64,000 nt of DNA from Candidatus Kapaibacterium sp. (GTDB taxonomy: Bacteria > Bacteroidota > Ignavibacteria > Kapaibacteriales > UBA2268), in contig OY761611.1 in assembly GCA_963664875.1 (NCBI GenBank), positions 1,632,001-1,696,000 of the forward strand, read 5' to 3'. Positions 57,757-64,000 of the stretch are shown here, piece after piece (positions within the stretch are counted from its first letter, which is position 1; each line of letters opens with the position of its first letter). A program made the position numbers and the translations under genes. The notes below the pieces were generated by a model. That model was not told the origin of the DNA. It was given only the letters and a program-made list of their open reading frames with translations, and searched no databases.

Positions 57757-58263
57757 TTAATTAGATTCACGACGGGCAATAAGTGCCGCACCTATAAACG
57801 CAACAAGTAGCAATACTGCTGCAACTTCGAAAGCCAACAGATACTCTGTCAGCAAACTATTACCTATTTGAGTAATAGTGCTATCGGTAATCGGTGCATC
57901 TTTCAATAGCCAGTCCACATTCATATACATTACTGTAAAGAATACAGCAATAAATGCAGACAAAATGCCACCGACCGCAAAACTCAGTTTCCCGACGCTA
58001 CCTTCTTTGATATCGACTCCGGTGATTTTCTGCGTTAGCATCACACCAAAGATGATAAGAACAAGGATACCGCCTACGTAAACCATCAACTGAGTAACGG
58101 CTATGAAATCCGCATTGAGCAAGACGTACATACCGGCAACGCCAAAAAATGTAAACAGCAATGAAAACGCCGAATACATCATCTTGCGCGAAACCACTAC
58201 GCCAAGAGCGGAAATCAAAATGATAGCAGCAAATGAATAAAAAGCCAGTTCAAATAATCCCAT
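57757..58263 (-). CDS. nuoJ: NADH-quinone oxidoreductase subunit J
   Basis: QLMVYVGGILVL and FEVAAVLLLVA motifs. Confidence 0.93.
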   Translation of the reverse strand: MGLFELAFYSFAAIILISALGVVVSRKMMYSAFSLLFTFFGVAGMYVLLNADFIAVTQLMVYVGGILVLIIFGVMLTQKITGVDIKEGSVGKLSFAVGGILSAFIAVFFTVMYMNVDWLLKDAPITDSTITQIGNSLLTEYLLAFEVAAVLLLVAFIGAALIARRESN

Positions 58264-58278
58264 GACACAGTCTGTTTA

Positions 58279-58887
58279 TTAGTTAGAATTTTCTTTACTA
58301 TCTGTATCTTCTTTTGCATTAGCCGCTTCTTCAGCTTTCGCTTTTGCTTCGGCTTCTGCTTTTGCCTTTGCTGCCTCAGCTTTTTCTTTGGCAAGCAACG
58401 CTTTTTTCTCTTCCACTTCCTCAGCAGAGAGCGGAGAGAAATGATAAATCAAATCTTCCCTATGGAAGGTTGAATATTCAAATTCAGTAGTCATTTGTAT
58501 TGCTTCGGTTGGGCATGCATCTGTACATAAAGAGCAGAAACAGCACAACGCAAAGTCAATATCGTATTTAGTAACCCAAGTTTTGCGAGGTTTGCCTGTG
58601 CTTTTGATATTAGGCACATCTTTCTCACTTTTGGCTACTTTTACGATTTCAATATCAATACAACCAACAGGACAAGCTCTTGAGCAAGCGTTACAACCAT
58701 CGCACTCTTCCATATCCACATCGATACGGTTTCGAGAGTTGGCCGGCATGTGCCCTGAGTGTATCGGATGCCATTTTTCAGGATACTGAAGAGTCACTTT
58801 TTTCTTGAAAAGGTGCTCTAAAGTAATTTTCATACCAACCATTGTGGTAGAAAGTCCTGAAAAGATTTTTTCGAAATATCCTGCCAT
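58279..58887 (-). CDS. nuoI: NADH-quinone oxidoreductase subunit I
   Basis: TLQYPE and two CxxCxxCxxxCP 4Fe-4S motifs. Ala/Lys/Glu-rich tail. Confidence 0.93.
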   Translation of the reverse strand: MAGYFEKIFSGLSTTMVGMKITLEHLFKKKVTLQYPEKWHPIHSGHMPANSRNRIDVDMEECDGCNACSRACPVGCIDIEIVKVAKSEKDVPNIKSTGKPRKTWVTKYDIDFALCCFCSLCTDACPTEAIQMTTEFEYSTFHREDLIYHFSPLSAEEVEEKKALLAKEKAEAAKAKAEAEAKAKAEEAANAKEDTDSKENSN

Positions 58888-58929
58888 TATTTACTCCAAT
58901 CATTACTAATTTTGAAAGATATTAATATC

Positions 58930-59985
58930 TTATCTTACCATTGCCCAAAGTGCTATTGCAAAGAATCCGATAAAAGCAATCGGAACCATTGTCTTCCAGC
59001 CTATATCCATAAGCTGATCCACTCTGAATCTTGGTAATGTCCAGCGTAGCCAGATCTGTACAAAAACAAAGAACATTGCTTTTGACACCATCCATACAGG
59101 ATGCATCCAAGTCTGATTCAAGAAATCTCCAAAAGGAGACTGCCATCCGCCGAAGAATAATATTGCTGTCAAAGCAGAAACAATAAACATATTGGAGTAT
59201 TCGGCAAAGAAGAACATTGCGAACTTCATACCACTGTATTCTGTGTGATAACCCGCAACGATTTCTGATTCGCCTTCCGGAATATCAAAAGGTGTACGGT
59301 TTGTTTCTGCAAGTGCAGCCACAAAATACAATATAAACATTACAATCATCACCGGTGTAATAAGGGCTTTACCTAAGATACTGCCTTCACCACCAAAGAT
59401 AAACCAGTTATGGATGCCGCCACCTTGCTGAGCTATTATTTCCTGCATATTCAAAGAACCAGCTAATGATGCTATTGCAAGCAACACTATAGCAGCAGGA
59501 ATTTCGTAACTCACCATTTGCGAAGCGGCACGCATTGCACCTAATATCGAATATTTGTTATTTGAAGCCCAGCCACCCATCACTATACCAATGATAGCAA
59601 GAGCACCAACGGCAAAGATGAAGAATAGACCTAAGTCAATGCCGGCAGGCACAAATACGCTACTAAAAGGAAGCACCGCATAAGCTGCATAAGCCGCAAC
59701 AAACATGATAAAAGGAGCAAGATTAAATAATGGTTTGTTTACTGCATCCGGTGTGATATCTTCTTTTTGCAAAAGTTTTAAAACTTCTGCTATAGGCTGC
59801 AAAACGCCCCACCAACCCGTTCTCATCGGGCCTAAACGGTCTTGCACCCATGATGCAACTTTTAGCTCAAGTAGGATTGCAATTAGTGCATAGCCTAATA
59901 CAAACAGCAAAGGTAAGATACTTACAATTGCTATACCATACCATTCTTGACCTAACAATTCATAAACAAAATTTTGTTCCATCAC
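58930..59985 (-). CDS. nuoH: NADH-quinone oxidoreductase subunit H
   Basis: QDRLGP, AETNRTPFDIPEGESE and EYSGMKFAMFF motifs. Start may be ATG at 59982. Confidence 0.95.
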   Translation of the reverse strand: MMEQNFVYELLGQEWYGIAIVSILPLLFVLGYALIAILLELKVASWVQDRLGPMRTGWWGVLQPIAEVLKLLQKEDITPDAVNKPLFNLAPFIMFVAAYAAYAVLPFSSVFVPAGIDLGLFFIFAVGALAIIGIVMGGWASNNKYSILGAMRAASQMVSYEIPAAIVLLAIASLAGSLNMQEIIAQQGGGIHNWFIFGGEGSILGKALITPVMIVMFILYFVAALAETNRTPFDIPEGESEIVAGYHTEYSGMKFAMFFFAEYSNMFIVSALTAILFFGGWQSPFGDFLNQTWMHPVWMVSKAMFFVFVQIWLRWTLPRFRVDQLMDIGWKTMVPIAFIGFFAIALWAMVR

Positions 59986-60009
59986 AAATCAGTGTATATG
60001 TTAAATAAA

Positions 60010-61164
60010 TTATCTATCGACTTCACCTAATACGATATCGATACTACCCAAAATCAAAATCAAATCGGCAATCAAATAGCCTTTTGAAATTTCAGGAAGT
60101 AAAGCAAGATTTACAAAGCTTGTGCCGCGTGCTTTTACCCTTGTAGGGTTAGCAGTGCCGTCACTAATTATGTAAAAACCTAATTCACCTTTTGGATTTT
60201 CGGCTTTGCAATATATTTCGCCTTTAGGAGGTTTAATCCTTTTCGGTACTAAAGCTCTTACATCTTCGCTAGCGTCAGGCAACATTGCCACAGCTTGCTC
60301 GATGATTTTGCAGCTTTCTTCCATCTCGCGAAATCTCACGATATTTCTGTCAAAGCTGTCACCCACAGTACCTACTTCGCCTCTACCCACGGGTATATCA
60401 AAATCGAATCTGTCATAAAGTGAATATGGTTCACTTCTTCTCAAATCGAAAGGAACACCTGAACCGCGAAGCACAGGACCACTTGCTGCAAAGTTGATAG
60501 CAACATCCGCAGGAAGAATCCCCACATTAGCAGTTCTATCGATAAAGATTCTGTTGCCTAAAAGCAACCTTTCAACTTCGTCGTTAGTTTCTCTTACCGT
60601 TTTCACAATTCTTAGACAGTCTTCTTTGAATGTTGGAGGCACATCGCGTTGCAATCCACCAATCCACATATAGTTATAAAGCAAACGTCCGCCGGAGGCT
60701 GCTTCGAAGACATCTAAAATCATTTCGCGATCACGGAATAAGAAAAGGAAAGGAGTAAACGCACCGGCATCGAGACCAAATGTTGCGATTGCAATTTGGT
60801 GATTACCGATACGGTTGAGTTCAGCCATAATGATACGGATAAGTTCGATACGCTCACTAACTTCAATATCGAGCATTTTTTCCATACCCATTACATAAGG
60901 CCATTCGTTATTCATACTGGAAATGTAATCCATTCTATCGATAAAAGGAATCACCTGCGGATAGGTCATAGCTTCGCTTGCCTTTTCCATGCAGCGGTGC
61001 AGGTAACCAATGTGAGGGATCACATCTGTTACAAGCTCGCCTTCCAGCTCTACTTCAAGACGCAACACACCGTGCGTAGATGGGTGCTGCGGACCAACAT
61101 TCAGGCGCATTCTTTCTGTGTCAACGCGCCCAAAATCGTATTCTATAGTCTTTCTTTCAGCCAC
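60010..61164 (-). CDS. nuoD: NADH-quinone oxidoreductase subunit D
   Basis: GPQHPSTHGVLRL, IGYLHR and DIVLGEVDR motifs. Confidence 0.95.
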   Translation of the reverse strand: MAERKTIEYDFGRVDTERMRLNVGPQHPSTHGVLRLEVELEGELVTDVIPHIGYLHRCMEKASEAMTYPQVIPFIDRMDYISSMNNEWPYVMGMEKMLDIEVSERIELIRIIMAELNRIGNHQIAIATFGLDAGAFTPFLFLFRDREMILDVFEAASGGRLLYNYMWIGGLQRDVPPTFKEDCLRIVKTVRETNDEVERLLLGNRIFIDRTANVGILPADVAINFAASGPVLRGSGVPFDLRRSEPYSLYDRFDFDIPVGRGEVGTVGDSFDRNIVRFREMEESCKIIEQAVAMLPDASEDVRALVPKRIKPPKGEIYCKAENPKGELGFYIISDGTANPTRVKARGTSFVNLALLPEISKGYLIADLILILGSIDIVLGEVDR

Positions 61165-61208
61165 AATCTCTACCTGAATTTAACTATTTAAAATTATCTT
61201 TCTTTGTT

Positions 61209-61697
61209 TTAGTATGGAACCTTAATTCCATTGTATTCATCAGGTTCTTTATAGTCCTTTCTAAGAGGATAACCTTCCCAATCGTAAGGAGTCAAGATAC
61301 GGATAAGATTCGGGTGATCTTCAAAGATAACACCGTACATATCATAAGCCTCACGCTCGTGCCAGTTAGCAGCTTTCCATACGTTTTCTACCGTAGGCAC
61401 TTTTGGATTTTCTCTATTAAGAACTACTTTAAGCACAAATCTATGCTTAAGAGCAACTGAATACAGATGATATACCACGCCCAAATCATCAGACTGTTTG
61501 GATTTGTAGTCAACTCCGCTAAGGCAGGCCAAATAATCAAAATCCAAATCTTCTTCGTCTCTCAGAAACAGGCAAATATCACGCAGCTTAGCAGGTTCGA
61601 CAGTAACAAAATCTTCTACATTATCTTCTTGAGTAAAAGAAATGATAGCTTCGCCGAACTCTTTTTGCAATTTTTCGTATATATCTTTTGCTTGCAT
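61209..61697 (-). CDS. nuoC: NADH-quinone oxidoreductase subunit C
   Basis: ANWHEREAYDMYG..HP.L.RIL..WEGYPLRKDY. Confidence 0.95.
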   Translation of the reverse strand: MQAKDIYEKLQKEFGEAIISFTQEDNVEDFVTVEPAKLRDICLFLRDEEDLDFDYLACLSGVDYKSKQSDDLGVVYHLYSVALKHRFVLKVVLNRENPKVPTVENVWKAANWHEREAYDMYGVIFEDHPNLIRILTPYDWEGYPLRKDYKEPDEYNGIKVPY

Positions 61698-61718
61698 GTT
61701 TTATTATTTTGTTTAGTA

Positions 61719-62318
61719 TTACTTATCTTCTTGATTATGGTAGTCATCAAATTGCTGTCTGAAACGTTCAATCTGAATCATTCTATCTTCGATAGCCGCA
61801 TTGTCTTCAGCAGACATTTTTTTGCGTTTATTAAAGATAGCCTGATTTTTAATCATTTCCTGCAATTTGACCATCCCTTCCAAAAAGGCTTCGGGTCTCG
61901 GAGGGCAACCCGGAACGTAAACGTCCACAGGCAAAATGCGATCAACACCCTTCAAAACATGATAGCCATGCTTCCAGTAAGGGCCACCTGCATTAGCACA
62001 AGAGCCCATAGAAAGGACATATTTTGGTTCGGGCATTTGATCATAAAGCCTTTTGACTCTTTCAGCCATTTTCAAAGTAACAGTACCGGAGACAATCATG
62101 AAATCAGCCTGACGAGGACTGGCTCGGGGAATACATCCAAATCGCATAAAATCAAAGTGAGAGGCGTTAGCCGCCATAAATTCGATTGCGCAGCAAGCAA
62201 GCCCAAAGTGCAAATACCAATCTGACTTACTTCTGCCCCAGTTTAGAAGTTCTTCCGCAACTCCAAGGACAATACCACCGCTTTCGAATGGTTTATCCAG
62301 CCTGTCTAAAAGTCCCAC
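61719..62318 (-). CDS. nuoB: NADH-quinone oxidoreductase subunit B
   Basis: [19 protein letters not shown] and [10 protein letters not shown] motifs. Confidence 0.95.
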   Translation of the reverse strand: MGLLDRLDKPFESGGIVLGVAEELLNWGRSKSDWYLHFGLACCAIEFMAANASHFDFMRFGCIPRASPRQADFMIVSGTVTLKMAERVKRLYDQMPEPKYVLSMGSCANAGGPYWKHGYHVLKGVDRILPVDVYVPGCPPRPEAFLEGMVKLQEMIKNQAIFNKRKKMSAEDNAAIEDRMIQIERFRQQFDDYHNQEDK

Positions 62319-62343
62319 GTCAACTCCCAGGATAAAACAATAA

Positions 62344-62757
62344 TTACTTTTTCTTTTTTGGTATCACCAAATCGTCTAATTTTGGTATATAAGGTTGTGG
62401 TCTGTCCCACTCCAAATAGCCTTTTGCCCAGTCATAAACAAGGCCCAGCACAAGGATAAGTACAAAGATAGCCATTGCACCAAAGGCATACCAGCCTAAC
62501 CCTTTGAACACAGTCGCCCACGGAAAGAGCAACACCAACTCCACGTCAAAAATTAAGAATGCAAGTGCCACTAGGTAAAATCGTGTATTAAATTTGACCC
62601 AAGGGCTGCCAATAGGCACTTCACCTGATTCATAAGTGGTTGTTTTGACGGGATGCGGTTTGTTTGGTCTTACAAGAGCAGCAGCAAATAAGCCGATACC
62701 CACAAAGACGAAACCGATAATCATGAATAGTAAGATTATACCGAAATCAGTCAGCAT
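62344..62757 (-). CDS. nuoA: NADH-quinone oxidoreductase subunit A
   Basis: [19 protein letters not shown] and KGYLEW motifs. Confidence 0.95.
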   Translation of the reverse strand: MLTDFGIILLFMIIGFVFVGIGLFAAALVRPNKPHPVKTTTYESGEVPIGSPWVKFNTRFYLVALAFLIFDVELVLLFPWATVFKGLGWYAFGAMAIFVLILVLGLVYDWAKGYLEWDRPQPYIPKLDDLVIPKKKK

Positions 62758-63154
62758 AAGCGCGTCCCAATCTATTATTTGTAAAAACTTTACATGCTAA
62801 TCTAACATTGCAAAGCAGTTTATTCGTTTCTAAGTGTGCGTTTCCAAACACTAATTTAAACAATCGAATGCAAAAAAACGACCTTTTTTTTAAAATAATA
62901 TGAGCAATCAATCGTTAGTCAAGCCTAACTTTTTTCCTAAATATATATTTTATAGTCACTTACAAAATATATCCACACAGCAATTTATTTCACTAATTCA
63001 GATTGTTTCTGTATCCAACGTGTTGTTTACAAAATTGCTTCGTCTTAATATATAAAATTATTACATTTAATATCTGAATTATTTTAATACACAAAAATAA
63101 AAGGTCATCAGATTGCTCCGACGACCTTAACCATATTTCATAGTATTTTATTGC

Positions 63155-64000
63155 TTAGTAAAATATCAGCTGTGTAATTATTAAAATTGGTAATAGCACA
63201 ACTAAAGAAAATTTGAACATATAGGAAAAGAAATCAGGCATTTTAATATCCTGACTCTCTGCAATAGCTTTAACCATAAAGTTAGGACCATTTCCAATAT
63301 AAGTCATTGCACCAAAGAACACTGCAGCAACGCAGATTGCATCTAAGAAAATTTCCGGCACTCCGGCTATCATTGTAGCACCATCTGCTAATGCAGGATT
63401 TTGAGACACAAGTCCAAGTGCTAATGAGTGGAAAGTAACTGCAGTAGGGGCGTTATCCAAAAATCCACTTAATGCTCCTGTCGAATAATAAAATAAGTGT
63501 GCGGAATCTATACCCAAATCTGCTGCATGACCCTGCAGATATTTTAAAGCAGGTACCATAGTAATAAAAATACCTATAAACAAAAATGCTACCTCTTCAA
63601 TAGGTTCCCAGCTGAAATGATTCGCTTCGCGTGTTTCTTTTTTGGTAAGTGTAAGCGATAAGATCATCATTAACACTATCACACCTTCCCTGATAAAAGC
63701 AAGGTAGTGATTGTGATGAATTGCTTCGATCGTATTACCATTGATAAAAGCTACTGAAAGCACAACGCCTGCAAGCCAAAGGAAATTGAGACCACCTCGG
63801 ATTTTAATAGGTCTCTGTTGGTCATGGTCTAATCTCACGGCTTCCGGATCTTCTTTTTTCCAGTAGTAATTGTCAACCGCAAAATAAACTGCAAGCAACA
63901 TACCATTGACAAACAGCCATTTAGGCAGCAAACTCATGAACCAAATAAACTCAGCACCTCGCAGGTACATAAGAAACAATGGAGGATCGCCCAGAGGTGT
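63155..64000 (-). CDS. Putative sodium:proton antiporter (ion-transporter superfamily), 5'-truncated
   Basis: Frame open to window end (TPLGDPPLFLMYL). EVAFLFIGIFITM, SGFLDNAPT and TYIGNGPNFMVK motifs. Confidence 0.8.
   Translation of the reverse strand, partial: TPLGDPPLFLMYLRGAEFIWFMSLLPKWLFVNGMLLAVYFAVDNYYWKKEDPEAVRLDHDQQRPIKIRGGLNFLWLAGVVLSVAFINGNTIEAIHHNHYLAFIREGVIVLMMILSLTLTKKETREANHFSWEPIEEVAFLFIGIFITMVPALKYLQGHAADLGIDSAHLFYYSTGALSGFLDNAPTAVTFHSLALGLVSQNPALADGATMIAGVPEIFLDAICVAAVFFGAMTYIGNGPNFMVKAIAESQDIKMPDFFSYMFKFSLVVLLPILIITQLIFY

Noticed and set aside
59985-60010. XerD-like half site TATGTTAAAT
   Set aside because: No XerC arm, and it lies inside the nuo operon.
61467-62225. 252-aa + strand ORF and the other short antisense ORFs in the track
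   Set aside because: Shadows of well-supported genes (here nuoB/nuoC) with no motifs of their own.
62760-63100. oriC or Rex operator upstream of nuoA
   Set aside because: Only one imperfect DnaA-like box, and the TGTAAA..TTTACA palindrome has the wrong spacing for Rex.

Overview
AT-rich bacterial chromosomal window, probably from the Bacteroidota/Chlorobiota/Ignavibacteria-Kapabacteria radiation. This placement is inferred from nine proteins with T9SS-type C-terminal domains, TAnnTTTG promoter motifs and an 11-subunit nuo operon lacking nuoEFG. Housekeeping content: three GT9 glycosyltransferases, a ZnuABC-type transporter, MltD-like SLT/LysM protein, lipoate ligase, Ppx/GppA, PepF, CorC/HlyC, recO, three identical tRNA-Asn, asnS, gcvT, FKBP, L,D-transpeptidase, trxA, nuoABCDHIJKLMN and a truncated Na+/H+ antiporter. 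The 17.5-44.5 kb region is an accessory surface-protein region. It holds six paralogous Asp-box/BNR propeller proteins: a near-identical pair and a four-gene array whose ~310-bp C-terminal cassettes are homogenised and patchwork-recombined while the propellers are highly diverged. It also holds an L-type-lectin adhesin with a 1062-bp internal tandem repeat, a VIT/DUF2135-type protein with an AT-rich core, gene remnants and a class D beta-lactamase-like gene. Non-coding candidates are a MITE carrying a REP-like doublet and a structured, terminator-ended small RNA. No integrase, transposase, reverse transcriptase or CRISPR array was seen. All calls come from reading motifs by eye; no searches were run.
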